This document shows positions 19,878 through 31,297 of a DNA stretch of 64,000 nt, piece by piece (the stretch's first letter is position 1; each line of letters starts with the position of its first letter). The notes below the pieces were generated by a model. That model was not told where the DNA came from and did no database searches. It saw only the letters and a list, made by a program, of their open reading frames with translations. Position numbers and translations under genes: made by a program. The stretch comes from Spirochaetota bacterium (GTDB lineage Bacteria > Spirochaetota > Spirochaetia > DTKZ01), in NCBI GenBank assembly GCA_026418195.1, contig JAOABU010000063.1:4113-68112 (forward strand). The letters run 5' to 3'.

Positions 19878-21296
19878 ATGGAACTTACCTTCTGTTCTAA
19901 GGGTGCAGCGTTAGAGGTTACTGGATCTCGGCATTTTCTATCGATCAATGGGCAGCGGATCCAAATAGATTGTGGGGCTTTTCAGGGGAAACGAAAAGAG
20001 ACAGAGGAAAAGAACCGAAGTGGATTCGAGAATGTAGAGCAAACTTCTGCTCTCATCCTTACCCATGGACATTATGATCACTGTGGATTGATCCCATACA
20101 TGGTTAAAAAAGGGTACAAGGGAAACATCTATACCACTCCTGCATCCAGGGATATCGCTTCCCTTATCATGATGGATTCGGCTCACATACAGGCTAGGGA
20201 TAAGGAATACTTAGAAAAACAGGCCCGCAAGAAAGGAGAACCTTTCTCCTGGGAACCCTTGTATACAGAACAAGATGTGGTACAGGCCACAGAGTTGTTT
20301 GTTGGATTTTCCTACCATCGACCCTTCTACATCCTTCCCGGAGTAATGGCAGAGTTCTTCGATGCAGGCCATATTCTAGGGTCTGCCCTTGTGCTTCTCA
20401 CCCTTCAGAAGGGGGCTGGATGGAAGGAAAATCTGAGAATCCTATTCACAGGAGATTTAGGAAGAAAAGGCAAACCCATCATACGGGATCCCGAACCCGT
20501 ACCCGCCCCTGACATCATTGTTCTGGAGGGGACCTACGGAGACAGACTCCACGATACGCAAGAGGAAGTTCTATCGAAATTGGCAAGGATCGTGAATGAA
20601 ACAGTGGATCGAGGAGGAAAACTCCTTATTCCTGCCTTTGCCGTGGAACGAACACAAGAATTGGTTTACCTTCTCCACTTGCTGGTGGATGGGAAACAGA
20701 TTCCAGATATTCCCATATACGTAGATTCACCCATGGCTACCAACGCTACCACCATATTCCAGGTGCATCCAGAATGTTACGATCAAGAGATACACGAGGC
20801 TTTCCTCAAGCATCACAAGAACCCTTTCGGGTTCAACAATCTGCATTTCGTTACCAGTGTGGCAGAATCCAAAGAACTGAACAAGCTAAAAATACCTGCC
20901 ATTATTATTTCCGCGGATGGAATGTGTGAAGCGGGTCGTATCCTTCACCATTTAGCCAACAACATCCAGGATCCAAGAACTACCCTAATGTTCGTCGGGT
21001 ATACCGCAGAACATACTTTGGGACGAAGAATCCTTTCGGGTCAAAAAGAAGTGAAGATCTTCGGAGAAACCTATACGGTCCGCGCCAAAGTAGAAGAGCT
21101 TTCAGCCATGAGCGCCCATGCGGATTATAGAGAAATCGGAGAATACCTACAAGCTTTAGATACAACCTACCTTAAATCGATTTACTTGGTACATGGTGAG
21201 CAAAGTGCATTGGATCATCTCTCTGGTTACCTGGAATCCATGGGATTCCCGAAACCAAAGATCGTTAAACCGGAACGAGTGTATTCTTTAATATAG
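19878..21296 (+). CDS. MBL-fold beta-CASP ribonuclease
   Basis: EVTGS, IDCG, THGHYDH, AGHILGS, FTGDLG, EGTYG, SAHAD and LVHGE motifs. Confidence 0.93.
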   Translation: MELTFCSKGAALEVTGSRHFLSINGQRIQIDCGAFQGKRKETEEKNRSGFENVEQTSALILTHGHYDHCGLIPYMVKKGYKGNIYTTPASRDIASLIMMDSAHIQARDKEYLEKQARKKGEPFSWEPLYTEQDVVQATELFVGFSYHRPFYILPGVMAEFFDAGHILGSALVLLTLQKGAGWKENLRILFTGDLGRKGKPIIRDPEPVPAPDIIVLEGTYGDRLHDTQEEVLSKLARIVNETVDRGGKLLIPAFAVERTQELVYLLHLLVDGKQIPDIPIYVDSPMATNATTIFQVHPECYDQEIHEAFLKHHKNPFGFNNLHFVTSVAESKELNKLKIPAIIISADGMCEAGRILHHLANNIQDPRTTLMFVGYTAEHTLGRRILSGQKEVKIFGETYTVRAKVEELSAMSAHADYREIGEYLQALDTTYLKSIYLVHGEQSALDHLSGYLESMGFPKPKIVKPERVYSLI

Positions 21297-21314
21297 ATAG
21301 TATAAGGAATCGGT

Positions 21315-22817
21315 ATGCTGTATCTCTTGGCAGGCCTCAGTTTCACCGGTATTACAGTCTTATATATTGTGTATTTCCTACCGAAAAGAAAGTTCCCTTC
21401 ACGGTTTCGTGCTATCACTGAGAAACGTATGCACTTCTTTCTCTATATCCATGGGAAATGGAATAGAGAAATTCTTCTGCCCTGGAAAGAAGTTCGAATG
21501 GGGATAGATCCCGACTCGGACTTTTCTTTTGCTGTGTTGGAGGAACTCCTAGCAACTTCCTTCCGTGATCTACCCTCGCACGTCGTTCTATCCCCTACCG
21601 ATGAGTATCTTCGAGTTACCGCTGATCGTCCCCTCTTAATCCAAGGGGTAGAACGATCTTCGGGATGGCTCAGGGTGAATGGCATTCTTCGGTCGGGACC
21701 TGTGAAGCTTGTATTTAAAGGACCTCTGGAAGTGAGAGAACGGGTGCCTGTGAAGCCTTCTTTAAAAGCTTGGGTGAATTACTACGGTCCTGGAGCAGTG
21801 AGTGCATCACTTGCACTCTTATTCATAGGGATGGGTCTGTATTCCTTTGGTTCTTCTAAGGCAAACAATGCTTTTTCACCTACCCCTATAGTCTCAACTC
21901 CTGCTTCCCCTACTTCGAATCCTGAGCAGATCCCTTTACCTTCGAGCCCTGGGATTGACCAAAGTGTATCTACGAACGGTTTGGCTTCCATCGCTCAACG
22001 TCCTTCTATGAAACCGGAACCTCAAAAAGAACCTCTCCCTGATTTTCCAGACTCTCTATCTATCGTAGAACCAGGAGGGAAGATCCCTAACACATCGATC
22101 AAAGTACTTTTCGTGCATGCCCATCCGGATGATGAGTCCATTGAATTCGGAACCCTCATGGCCTTATGCAAAAGGCAAGGGATCCCAACCGCTACCGTTC
22201 TATTCACCGATGGAGAGGGAGGGATCTTTTCCAAAGAGTATTCTGGTCCCCGAACCTCGTTACGGGAGATCCGCATCCGGGAAGCTGCATGGGCCTTGAA
22301 AACGTTGGGAAGTTCTGTTTATATCCGGCTAGGACTATCCAATCTACCCTACAATGGGATTCGTGACGAACAGAAACCGATAGAGGTACTCCAGCGATGG
22401 AGTTCATCCAAACCAATCGATCGAATGGTAGAAATACTCCTAACTCTTAAACCAGATATTGTTGTATCTCCAGAAGAGCCTTCCAAGGCACGAAAACATT
22501 TCGAGCATGAGGCAACAGCCTTGATCGTATGGAAAGCTATCGAACAAGTAAAACGATTGGGTAACTCCTTTCCTAGAGGATACCTCCAAAGCTTAGATCC
22601 TCGGTTTCCCATGGATCGAAAAGGGAAGCTCTCCTTCCCCCGCTCCCAAGCAAAGGATCTTCAACGAACCGCTCTCTCCTTTCATCGAACACAGGCAGAC
22701 GCTTTTTACTTCGGGGTACAGAGGATAGAAAAGTATCCCGAGGAAGAGTACAAGCTGAAGTTTTGGGATCTACTGGAAGATCCCCTTCTCTATTTCATGG
22801 GAAGAGCGGTACAGTAG
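21315..22817 (+). CDS. Membrane-anchored PIG-L/LmbE-family deacetylase
   Basis: Two TM segments, a Pro-rich linker, then HAHPDDE, TDGE, R-x-x-E and HFEH motifs. Confidence 0.85.
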   Translation: MLYLLAGLSFTGITVLYIVYFLPKRKFPSRFRAITEKRMHFFLYIHGKWNREILLPWKEVRMGIDPDSDFSFAVLEELLATSFRDLPSHVVLSPTDEYLRVTADRPLLIQGVERSSGWLRVNGILRSGPVKLVFKGPLEVRERVPVKPSLKAWVNYYGPGAVSASLALLFIGMGLYSFGSSKANNAFSPTPIVSTPASPTSNPEQIPLPSSPGIDQSVSTNGLASIAQRPSMKPEPQKEPLPDFPDSLSIVEPGGKIPNTSIKVLFVHAHPDDESIEFGTLMALCKRQGIPTATVLFTDGEGGIFSKEYSGPRTSLREIRIREAAWALKTLGSSVYIRLGLSNLPYNGIRDEQKPIEVLQRWSSSKPIDRMVEILLTLKPDIVVSPEEPSKARKHFEHEATALIVWKAIEQVKRLGNSFPRGYLQSLDPRFPMDRKGKLSFPRSQAKDLQRTALSFHRTQADAFYFGVQRIEKYPEEEYKLKFWDLLEDPLLYFMGRAVQ

Positions 22818-22890
22818 GTCCATCTTCCTGGACAGAGGAAGATGAAAGCACCCTGCTTGAATCAATTCTAAGAACTTCATGAAATCATCG

Positions 22891-22912
22891 GGGGGCTCTT
22901 TGCAGAGCCCCC
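22891..22912. terminator. GC-rich hairpin between convergent genes (likely terminator)
   Basis: GGGGGCTCT-ttgc-AGAGCCCCC. The U-tract is weak. Confidence 0.6.
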
Positions 22913-22956
22913 TTCAAACCCTTACAGGATAAACCAGCTCACTGGAACTGAGGGTA

Positions 22957-24414
22957 TCAAACTACGTAGGTGCCTGCGGAAACCTTTCCGCCCGTTCCTG
23001 TCCAATTAGTATGGAAGAACTGTCCTCGAGGTTTGTCTACCCTCTCGTAGGTGTGAGCACCGAAGTAATCCCGTTGGGCTTGCAGAAGGTTTGCGGGCAG
23101 GCGTTCACTCCGGTATCCGTCATAGAAGGCCAACGCGGTTGAGAAAGCGGGAACAGGTATACCGTTAAGGGCCGCAACGGACACGACCTTACGCCAGGAA
23201 GGTTCACACTTTTTAATGATCTTGCGGAAATATTCATCCATTAAAAGGTTGTTCAGATTTGGATTTCGATCGAAGGCTTCCTTAATTCGTCCAAGGAACA
23301 CGCTTCGGATGATACACCCCCCTCTCCAAACTAGGGCGATCCCACCATAGTTCAGGTTCCAGTTGTACTCTTTGGCTGCTTCCCTCATCAGCATGTACCC
23401 CTGGGCGTAACTTACAATCTTCGAAGCCAGAAGAGCTTTTCGAATGTCCTCCACGAACTCTTCCTTGTTCCCTTCAAATTTAGGCTTTGGCCCCTTAAGT
23501 ACCTTGGATGCTTCTACTCGCTCATCCTTCAAAGCGGATAGACATCGAGCGTACACCGCTTCTGCAATAAGGGTAATAGGAATCCCCAACTCCACCGAAC
23601 TAATTACTGTCCATTTCCCCGTTCCTTTCTGACCGGCGGTATCGAGGATCTTATCCACCAGTGGTTTCTTATCCTCATCCTTGAAAGCAAGGATATCCCG
23701 AGTGATTTCGATGAGATAACTATTCAACTCACCTTTGTTCCATTCCGCAAAGACTTTGTGCATGTCCATTGCTTTATACTTCAACAGGGTACCCATTAGA
23801 TGGTAAGCCTCGCAAATGAGTTGCATATCTCCGTACTCGATTCCATTGTGTACCATCTTTACGTAATGTCCTGCTCCATCCTGCCCAATCCAATCGCAAC
23901 AGGGTTCACCTTCGGGGGTTTTCGCAGCAATGGCTTGGAAGATCTCTTTCACCAAGGGCCAGGCTTTTGGGTTTCCCCCGGGCATCAGGGATGGGCCATG
24001 GCGTGCTCCCTCTTCTCCTCCAGAGACACCGGTGCCGATGAAGAGAATTCCTTTTTCCTCCAAATACTTGGTCCGTCGGATGGTATCCGGATAGTGAGAG
24101 TTGCCCCCATCGATAATAAGGTCTCCTTTCTCTAGGTGGGGCAGAAGGAGTTCAATGAACTCATCCACCGCTTCCCCGGCCTTCACCATGAGCATGATTT
24201 TCCGAGGCCTAGTTAAAAGGCTTACGAACTCTTCTATGCTTTTGGCTCCGTAAATGGTGGAACGACCTTTCGCTGCATCGTTTAAAAACTCATCCACTTT
24301 CGACACGGTTCGGTTGAATACTGCCACTTTGTACCCTTTATCGTTCATATTGAGTACAAGGTTTTGCCCCATCACAGCCAACCCGATCAACCCGATGTCC
24401 GCTTTTCCACTCAT
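22957..24414 (-). CDS. gnd: 6-phosphogluconate dehydrogenase, decarboxylating (NADP+)
   Basis: [40 protein letters not shown] and [21 protein letters not shown] before ATG 24414. Confidence 0.97.
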   Translation of the reverse strand: MSGKADIGLIGLAVMGQNLVLNMNDKGYKVAVFNRTVSKVDEFLNDAAKGRSTIYGAKSIEEFVSLLTRPRKIMLMVKAGEAVDEFIELLLPHLEKGDLIIDGGNSHYPDTIRRTKYLEEKGILFIGTGVSGGEEGARHGPSLMPGGNPKAWPLVKEIFQAIAAKTPEGEPCCDWIGQDGAGHYVKMVHNGIEYGDMQLICEAYHLMGTLLKYKAMDMHKVFAEWNKGELNSYLIEITRDILAFKDEDKKPLVDKILDTAGQKGTGKWTVISSVELGIPITLIAEAVYARCLSALKDERVEASKVLKGPKPKFEGNKEEFVEDIRKALLASKIVSYAQGYMLMREAAKEYNWNLNYGGIALVWRGGCIIRSVFLGRIKEAFDRNPNLNNLLMDEYFRKIIKKCEPSWRKVVSVAALNGIPVPAFSTALAFYDGYRSERLPANLLQAQRDYFGAHTYERVDKPRGQFFHTNWTGTGGKVSAGTYVV

Positions 24415-24451
24415 ATCCCTTCTCCTCCCATTCCTATTGAAATTGATACGA

Positions 24452-25759
24452 TTATACACCGGTACGGGTACCGGCTTCAAATGTTTTGCGGTAAGCCCAA
24501 AGTCCCACCGCAGGATTTGACACAAAGTATACCCGTTCTCCCGAGGGGAGTTCATTCCACCCATCCTTTAGTTGACTCGGATTATACTTTTTCAAAGCTT
24601 CTTCCAGGGGACGATACAGAAACCCTACCCCTTCGATCTCTTCCTTTGTTAAGTGCCCTGGACAATAGGTGATGGAAAACCGCCCCTCCGAGGAACCATG
24701 GATCAAATGAGCGGCTGCACTGAGGTTTTCCTTTAGATCTTTGTTCCTCTCTACCTGGGTGAGGGTATATGGGGTGCCTCTATAACCATACTTACGGATC
24801 AAACCATCGATGGTCTTATCCTCCCCAAACTCCCGTAAGCCGGGTGCTAATACAATCAGTTCCCCTTGGTCGGCCAAGGCCATGCGGGTTCGGTAGATAC
24901 TTTTGTTTCCCAACCAAGTGCTCCGGTATTCGCCTGGATCTAAATACACGATCACTTTCTGAAGCGGTTCTTCCAGCATCGTGATGTTCACCTCTGCTGA
25001 TAGGTCCGCTGCCCGTTCGTAGCATTCCTCATCATCCCCGATGAAAAGTCCCCGAAGAGCCAACTTCCCATCGTTGTCTCTTCCGAGTACGGTAAGTACA
25101 TACAGGATAGGGAGATCCTTAGCGAATTTCTTTGAAGCATAGTTCAACACATCCCGAACAGGAGTACGCTTCCTTCCCATGATCCGTTCCATCCCATACA
25201 CGGCCCCTAAGAAATGACTCTTGTTGATCCCTTCCTGTCCTCCTGTGCCGACAAACACGTTTTTATTGTAATTAGCCATCCCAATCACTTCATGGGGGAC
25301 CACCTGTCCGGGTGAAAGGATCAGATCGAACCCGCCCTTTACCAAAAGGGTGTTCACCTGAGCAGGCCAATCGTACTCCACCCGTCCTTCGGAAACCTGG
25401 GCTACGTACTCAGCCGGTACCACTCCCAAAGTGGTGAGATCCTTCCTCCAGTTATGGACCCGAAAAAGACTCTTGGGGGTAGTACCAAACATCAATTCGA
25501 TTTCCGCCTCTGTGAGAGGAACATGGGTTCCCAAAGCAGGGAGGATATCCGTTAACCGATCCCTATAGTAGCGCCAGGCAAAGTTAGTAATTTCCCCTGC
25601 TCTGGAATGTAAACGGGTGATATCCGGAGGAATCACTAAGACCTTTTTCTTTGGCCCTAAGGCACGAAAGGTCTGCTCCAGAGCCCCTTCCATCTCTTCT
25701 TTCGTAATGTTCTCGGTCTGGGATCCTTTGGCATAATACAGCATACCGTATTCTTTCAT
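24452..25759 (-). CDS. Lactate racemase (LarA) family 2-hydroxyacid epimerase, probably D-mannonate/D-gluconate epimerase (GntE-like)
   Basis: PPDITR, ALGTH, VHNW and [14 protein letters not shown] motifs. Sits directly upstream of gnd. Confidence 0.8.
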   Translation of the reverse strand: MKEYGMLYYAKGSQTENITKEEMEGALEQTFRALGPKKKVLVIPPDITRLHSRAGEITNFAWRYYRDRLTDILPALGTHVPLTEAEIELMFGTTPKSLFRVHNWRKDLTTLGVVPAEYVAQVSEGRVEYDWPAQVNTLLVKGGFDLILSPGQVVPHEVIGMANYNKNVFVGTGGQEGINKSHFLGAVYGMERIMGRKRTPVRDVLNYASKKFAKDLPILYVLTVLGRDNDGKLALRGLFIGDDEECYERAADLSAEVNITMLEEPLQKVIVYLDPGEYRSTWLGNKSIYRTRMALADQGELIVLAPGLREFGEDKTIDGLIRKYGYRGTPYTLTQVERNKDLKENLSAAAHLIHGSSEGRFSITYCPGHLTKEEIEGVGFLYRPLEEALKKYNPSQLKDGWNELPSGERVYFVSNPAVGLWAYRKTFEAGTRTGV

Positions 25760-25819
25760 AGATCCCATTCCTCCGTCAACAGTAGAAGGAAACCCCAGAA
25801 ACCATTACATTAGAACTAT

Positions 25820-26770
25820 ATGACACGATACAAAATAGGAGTACATGTACCTGTAATCGAAGGAGTAAAGAATGTTCCCCTCTTAGCTCAAGCACTAGGT
25901 GCAGAAGCATTCGCTTTCTTCACTAAGAATCAGAAACAATGGAAGGGGAAGCCTCTCACAGAAGACGATATCAGAGCCTTCCAAGGGAACCTACAGAAAG
26001 TAGGAATTTCACCAACCTTTGTGCTCCCCCATAACGGATATCTGATCAATATTGGGAATCCTTACGAAGAAAAACGAAAAAAGTCACTCGAATCCCTCAA
26101 GGAGGAGGCAGAAAGAGCCCGCCTTTTGGGTTTAGAAACCTTGAACTTTCATCCGGGAAGTCATCTAGGACTCCTCTCAGAGCAAGAATGTTTTCGCCTA
26201 GTTGCATCGGGGATGAATGAAGTGTTAGAAGCTGTGCCCCAAATCACCCTTGTTCTAGAAACTACGGCTGGCCAGGGGAACAGTATTGGGTATCGCTTCG
26301 AACACCTGGCAGAACTGATTCAGCTTTCCCTAAACCCGGAACGGGTTGGTATCTGCATCGATACCTGCCATATCTTCGCTGCCGGCTACGAATTGCGCAC
26401 CGACGAAGGATATGAGGCCACCTTCCAAGCCTTTTCTACCATCATTGGTTTCCACAAATTAAAAGGAGTACACCTGAATGATTCGCGATCAACCCTAGGA
26501 AGCAGAATCGATCGGCATGCCAGCATTGGTAAGGGAGAATTGGGAATAGAGACCTTCGTCAGAATCTTAAGGGATCCACGATTCGAAGGAGTTCCCCTTA
26601 TTCTGGAAACCCCTAATCCTTCCCTCTGGCCAGATGAGATTGCTTTCCTGAAAGAGATTCCTCACCTTTCACCCTCTGATCCTTTACCACCCCTTCGGAG
26701 GTCCGAGGATCTCACGGATCACCACCGCTTGCTTCCAGGGAGAAAGCTTCGTGATCTTCTCCGGAAGTGA
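25820..26770 (+). CDS. nfo: Endonuclease IV (AP endonuclease family 2)
   Basis: PHNGYLIN, NFHPGSH, LETTAGQG, CIDTCH, HLNDS, DRHA and ILETP motifs. Confidence 0.95.
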   Translation: MTRYKIGVHVPVIEGVKNVPLLAQALGAEAFAFFTKNQKQWKGKPLTEDDIRAFQGNLQKVGISPTFVLPHNGYLINIGNPYEEKRKKSLESLKEEAERARLLGLETLNFHPGSHLGLLSEQECFRLVASGMNEVLEAVPQITLVLETTAGQGNSIGYRFEHLAELIQLSLNPERVGICIDTCHIFAAGYELRTDEGYEATFQAFSTIIGFHKLKGVHLNDSRSTLGSRIDRHASIGKGELGIETFVRILRDPRFEGVPLILETPNPSLWPDEIAFLKEIPHLSPSDPLPPLRRSEDLTDHHRLLPGRKLRDLLRK

Positions 26771-27103
26771 GGGTAACTGCCTTTTCTCTTCTGCCGACGT
26801 AGGCCCTTCGGGAATACGTACTCCAGTTGGGACAGGAGGGGAGTGCTCTTCTTCTCCTGAGACAAATTCCCCCTCTTTGAACTCTGTGGTTACTTCCTGA
26901 GCCATGGGGTACATGGATCTTTTCTCTCGTTGCCCAAGGGTTATTCCCGCAATGGATCGTTCCCCTTGTAAAACGCGCTTAGGGTAAGAAACCGGTTTAG
27001 TCTGAACCCCAGCCTTTCGTTGAGCCCGAGATTGAAGAATTCGTAGGGCGATTAAGAAAGCCAGAGGAATCAGAACAAATAGATTGGAAAGGATCTCATT
27101 CAT
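26684..27103 (-). CDS. Small membrane-anchored protein of the nfeD-floA operon (YqfB-like position)
   Basis: N-terminal TM helix, C-terminal [14 protein letters not shown]. 4-bp overlap with the floA stop. Confidence 0.7.
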   Translation of the reverse strand: MNEILSNLFVLIPLAFLIALRILQSRAQRKAGVQTKPVSYPKRVLQGERSIAGITLGQREKRSMYPMAQEVTTEFKEGEFVSGEEEHSPPVPTGVRIPEGPTSAEEKRQLPSLPEKITKLSPWKQAVVIREILGPPKGW

Positions 27104-28086
27104 TTCGAAGGAGCCTCTCCTCCAATACTTTTTCTCATATTGGTGTCAGCTTGAATATTCATCATTCTATAGTAGTCCATTACCCCTAGTTGACCTTTCC
27201 GAAAGGCTTCTGCGATAGCCAGCGGAATTTCAGCTTCTGCTAACACTACTTTTGCCCTATTTTCCTGTACCAATGCAAGCATCTCCTGTTCTCTTGCCTG
27301 AGCCGCTGCCCTTCGTTTCTCTGCCTCAGCCTGGAACCTTCGCTTATCTGCTTCCGCTTGATCGGCCTGAAGCTTAGCTCCAACATTCGCTCCCACATCA
27401 ATATCAGCGATGTCGATAGAAAGGATTTCAAAGGCAGTTCCTGCATCCAACCCTTTTTCCAGAACAGTTTTCGATATTAAATCGGGATTTTCCAGCACTG
27501 CTTTGTAGGATTCCGCAGAACCAATGGTGGTAACGATTCCCTCCCCTACTCGAGCAATGATCGTCTCTTCGGTGGCTCCTCCGACCAAACGCTCTATATT
27601 GGCCCGAACAGTTACCCTTGCTTTAACTTGAAGCTGGATTCCATCCTTGGCCACTGCATCTATGGTAGTTTTCCCTTTGGAAGGGTCGGGACAATCGATC
27701 ACCTTTGGGTTCACGCTGGTCTTGACTGCTTCCAGTACATCTCTTCCCGCTAAATCTATGGCAGCGGCTCGTTGAAAGGGTAAGGGAATATTCGCCTTGT
27801 TAGCCGCTACTAGAGCTTGACTTACCTTCATCACGTTCCCGCGGGCAAGAAAATGGGTTTCCAGCATATCTGTTTCTACCGGAATTCCAGCTTTAGTAAG
27901 CATGATCCGAGCATCTACGATCACCGAAGGATTCACGTGCCGCAACCACATCCCGATAATTCTACCCATTCCTACTGGAGCACCCGATAGAAGAGCTCTA
28001 AACCACAAGCCAAAGAATTTGAAAAAGAGGATTAGGAACCCTAATACGAGAAGAGTTAATACGGCAAATACGATCAAATACAACAT
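27100..28086 (-). CDS. floA: Flotillin-like protein FloA (YqfA)
   Basis: [29 protein letters not shown] and [17 protein letters not shown] motifs. Confidence 0.94.
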   Translation of the reverse strand: MLYLIVFAVLTLLVLGFLILFFKFFGLWFRALLSGAPVGMGRIIGMWLRHVNPSVIVDARIMLTKAGIPVETDMLETHFLARGNVMKVSQALVAANKANIPLPFQRAAAIDLAGRDVLEAVKTSVNPKVIDCPDPSKGKTTIDAVAKDGIQLQVKARVTVRANIERLVGGATEETIIARVGEGIVTTIGSAESYKAVLENPDLISKTVLEKGLDAGTAFEILSIDIADIDVGANVGAKLQADQAEADKRRFQAEAEKRRAAAQAREQEMLALVQENRAKVVLAEAEIPLAIAEAFRKGQLGVMDYYRMMNIQADTNMRKSIGGEAPSK

Positions 28087-28110
28087 AGTACCTCCCTAAT
28101 ATAGACTATA

Positions 28111-29688
28111 TCATATCGCTTTCACTGTGATTCGATTCCCACGTACCTGAACTACCCGTACGGGTGTTCCCTGAGGTAAGAACTCTCCTTCAGTTTCCAC
28201 TGAATAGACTGTATCCTCGATCTTCGCTTTCCCCGATGGTCGTAGGATAGTCAATGCTTTTCCTTCCTTACCTACCAGGTCCTGGGGGATTACCGGAAAG
28301 TCTTCAGGGGAAGGAACACTTTCGAAAGAGAGACTCTCCTGCCCCTCGGTTGTATCACCCTTTCTGCGATCTAAATGTATTACCTCACCTTTACTTAAGG
28401 GTGTAGATCCAGAAGCAGTACCGTAAATCATCGTTTTCAAGGCTAAGCGATCAAAGATTCTCACCTTTGGAAGCAGGAGGATTAAAGCCGCCACTCCCAC
28501 TATTCCCGATAATAATCCACTTCCTACTACGATCAGGTTTCGAACGAAAATATCCCACTGCCAGGAAAACTCAGGGAATACAAAATCTTGCATGGAGAAA
28601 AGGAGGGCCAGACCAATGAGCACAAGACCCGAAATCCCCGTAATTCCAAAACCCGGAAGGATGAAGAGTTCCACCGCGAGAAGCCCTATTCCTACTAGGA
28701 GCATGATGATCTCTAAGGATCCTACCGTACCTAGCAGAGCATTGCTCCCAAACAAGGTTAGGAAACAAATCACCGCCACTGTTCCAGGAATTCCAAACCC
28801 TGGAGTACTGATTTCCATGAATAAAGCTACGAGGCCAACTAGAATCAACAGGGCTTGCACAGGCCCTGATGTGATCAATTCCAGCATCTTGTCTGGAAGG
28901 GTAGTTTCCATCTCTACGATCCCTCCCTCCACCCCCAACTTTGTGGCTAGAGCCGCTAGATCCTCTACCGTACCTTTGGATAAGCCATACCGTTCCGCTT
29001 CCTTTGCTGTAAGGGAAAGGAGTTTCCCTTTTGGGGAAACCAACTGGATCCTCCGCACCTCTTTTGGCCGTTCCTTTTCAAGCCTTTCCAATTCTGGCAG
29101 AGTCATTAATCGAACCTTTCCCCCATGCTCTACTTCCCATACTTCCAGATCCAGATCTACCATGGCTAAGGCTAATTCCACCGGATATCCGTTCTTTTCC
29201 GCTAGAGCTGCCATCTGTGTACGCACTGCGCTCACTACCTTTTCTCCTGCTGGTTGCATGGATCCATCCGCACCGATCGTTACAGGAGCTGCCGCTCCGA
29301 TGGAAGTTCCTGGTGCCATGTAGATCTGTGAACAGGATAACGCGATAAGAGCACCGGCAGACCAGCTTACCCCCATACTGGAAGGTCCACTTCGAATGAA
29401 GGCAATAGTTCTAGCCTTTTTTATGGATCCGATGAAGGAGGAGATCTGTAATGCCGTATCGACCCTACCCCCAAAGGTATCGATATCGAACACTAGAACC
29501 GTAGCCCCCTCGTCGGTAGCCTTGGATACATGCCTTCGAATGAATGATTCGAGGGATGGGACGATGTCTCCATGAACTGGGATGACAAACATTGCGCTAG
29601 GCTTTTTTACCTCTCCAATCAGATTCATATTGGGAAGGACGCCTAACAGTAGAAAGGCTATGCTCCCTAGAACCATTTTTTTCCCCAT
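28111..29688 (-). CDS. NfeD-family membrane-bound serine protease (long form)
   Basis: DTFGG and SAGA ClpP-like domain with the Ser and the EK Lys, multi-TM core (PGFG repeats), C-terminal OB fold (LRPSG). Confidence 0.9.
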   Translation of the reverse strand: MGKKMVLGSIAFLLLGVLPNMNLIGEVKKPSAMFVIPVHGDIVPSLESFIRRHVSKATDEGATVLVFDIDTFGGRVDTALQISSFIGSIKKARTIAFIRSGPSSMGVSWSAGALIALSCSQIYMAPGTSIGAAAPVTIGADGSMQPAGEKVVSAVRTQMAALAEKNGYPVELALAMVDLDLEVWEVEHGGKVRLMTLPELERLEKERPKEVRRIQLVSPKGKLLSLTAKEAERYGLSKGTVEDLAALATKLGVEGGIVEMETTLPDKMLELITSGPVQALLILVGLVALFMEISTPGFGIPGTVAVICFLTLFGSNALLGTVGSLEIIMLLVGIGLLAVELFILPGFGITGISGLVLIGLALLFSMQDFVFPEFSWQWDIFVRNLIVVGSGLLSGIVGVAALILLLPKVRIFDRLALKTMIYGTASGSTPLSKGEVIHLDRRKGDTTEGQESLSFESVPSPEDFPVIPQDLVGKEGKALTILRPSGKAKIEDTVYSVETEGEFLPQGTPVRVVQVRGNRITVKAI

Positions 29689-29792
29689 AACCACCTCTCC
29701 TTAGAATATAGGGCTTTATGAACATCAACTCAAGCAACTTGTCCCCTATATGGATGGAATATTTCTCCGTTCCCTGATACGTTTATAGTAGG

Positions 29793-30476
29793 ATGAAATC
29801 TAGACTTCGGGAAATCGACCTGTACGCCCCTCTAGAAAAGTTCCTAACTGAGCATGGGTACATCGTGCATGCAGAAGTTGTTCTGAGTGACATATCCGCT
29901 ACGAAAGAGGGAGTCCTTCTGGTAGTCGAAGTGAAATTGCGCTTCAACTTAGATGTGATCCTTCAAGCCATCGAAAGACAAAGAGCCGCAGATGCCGTAT
30001 ACATTGCCATACCTATACACAACTTTCGCCGCCACCCCCGAAGATGGAAAGCTATACGTTCCCTTTGTTCCCGCCTTGGGATTGGAATTCTCTTTGTTCG
30101 ATTCGTGGAAGGCAGGGCTCCGGAGGTAGAGGTAGCCCTTCATCGGAGGGATGTATCTAAAGGCAACTCAAAGGCAAAACTCCTCTTCCTGAAAGAAATT
30201 GAAGGCCGTGGGACCAATCGGAACATAGGAGGTTCCTCCCGCGTTCCTCTCTATACTGCCTACCGCAAAGAAGCTTTGCGGATCGCTCAATGCTTAGTGG
30301 AACATGGCCCTCTTTCTCCTCAGCAACTACGTGCGTTAGGATGTGTCCCCTCTACTGGTTCTATCCTTCTGAAAAACTACTATGGGTGGTTCGAACGAAT
30401 CTCTCGAGGAGTGTATCAGCTGAATGAAAAGGGCAAGAAAGCCTTAGAAGCCTATCAAGCAGCATCTTCCCGTTGA
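29793..30476 (+). CDS. DUF2161-family putative PD-(D/E)XK nuclease with a C-terminal winged helix
   Basis: EIDLYAPL, D...VVEVK...LQAIERQ, TAYR and NYYGWFERISRGVY motifs. Confidence 0.8.
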   Translation: MKSRLREIDLYAPLEKFLTEHGYIVHAEVVLSDISATKEGVLLVVEVKLRFNLDVILQAIERQRAADAVYIAIPIHNFRRHPRRWKAIRSLCSRLGIGILFVRFVEGRAPEVEVALHRRDVSKGNSKAKLLFLKEIEGRGTNRNIGGSSRVPLYTAYRKEALRIAQCLVEHGPLSPQQLRALGCVPSTGSILLKNYYGWFERISRGVYQLNEKGKKALEAYQAASSR

Positions 30477-30501
30477 CACCCTTCTACTTTCGATCTATGC
30501 T
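30473..30501 (+). promoter_or_regulatory. Sigma70 promoter of the DeoR-uxa operon
   Basis: TTGACA-N17-TATGCT. Confidence 0.7.
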
Positions 30502-30523
30502 CAAAATCTAAAAGGAATCGTAA

Positions 30524-31276
30524 GTGAGCCTAATCGAACGGCACCAAGAAATTCTACGGATTCTCTCGCATCGGGGGAAACTCACGGTTCAGGAATTGGC
30601 GACTCGATTACAGGTATCTGAGGTAACCATCCGAAAGGATCTATCCTTGCTGGAAGAAATGGGGCATTTAATCAGGACCCGGGGAGGGGCGATTCCTGCA
30701 ACCAAGAAAGAGTTTCTGCATCCTATAGCCCTTCGAAGGAACGAACACCTTCCGGAAAAACAGGCAATCGCTAGAAAGGCTAAAGAGTTCATTCAGGAAG
30801 GAGACACCCTGTACCTCGATTCTGGTAGCACCACTCAAGCCCTCGCAACCCTTCTCATAGAGATGAGTCTGCGGGTGGTTACCAATTCCGTGGACATCGT
30901 ACTGACACTTGAACCGGCTCCTTCGATAGCTGTGTATTGTGTGGGTGGAAGTTACCGGAAGGATGCGGGATCCTTCATTGGACCTTTGGCCTTGGATGGA
31001 CTGAAGAATTTTCGAATCGATACATGTTTTATCGGTACGACAGGTTTCTCTACGGATGGTACCTTCAGTTCTCAAAATATCTTTGAGTCCGATGTGAAAA
31101 GACAGGCTTTGAAACTATCTAGCCGAAAGATCCTTTTGGTAGATAGTTCCAAGTATGGGAAAGAGGCATTCTCTGTGTTCGCAACTGTAAAAGATATCGA
31201 TCTACTCATCAGCGACAAGAAATTAGGGGAACTTACCGATATTGGCAAGTTTCCCTGTGAAGTAATACTTTGTTAA
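30524..31276 (+). CDS. DeoR/GlpR-family transcriptional regulator
   Basis: VSEVTIRKDL...RTRGGA HTH, plus LDSGST and VVTNS sensor motifs. Confidence 0.95.
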   Translation: MSLIERHQEILRILSHRGKLTVQELATRLQVSEVTIRKDLSLLEEMGHLIRTRGGAIPATKKEFLHPIALRRNEHLPEKQAIARKAKEFIQEGDTLYLDSGSTTQALATLLIEMSLRVVTNSVDIVLTLEPAPSIAVYCVGGSYRKDAGSFIGPLALDGLKNFRIDTCFIGTTGFSTDGTFSSQNIFESDVKRQALKLSSRKILLVDSSKYGKEAFSVFATVKDIDLLISDKKLGELTDIGKFPCEVILC

Positions 31277-31297
31277 TCTATTGTGAGGGGAGGAAGT

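Noticed and set aside
26684-26770. 87-bp convergent overlap between nfo and the YqfB-like gene as a frameshift or pseudogene
   Set aside because: All Nfo catalytic motifs come before the overlap. It is best explained as a non-conserved C-terminal extension.
28592-29323. 243-aa plus-strand ORF
   Set aside because: Entirely antisense to nfeD, with the Ser/Thr/Pro-rich composition typical of a reverse-frame shadow.
26684-29688. nfeD-floA-small gene cluster as a novel system
   Set aside because: It matches the known Bacillus yqeZ-yqfA-yqfB membrane microdomain operon layout.
29793-30476. DUF2161 nuclease as a defence system
   Set aside because: Stand-alone gene with no methylase, ATPase or other defence partners adjacent.
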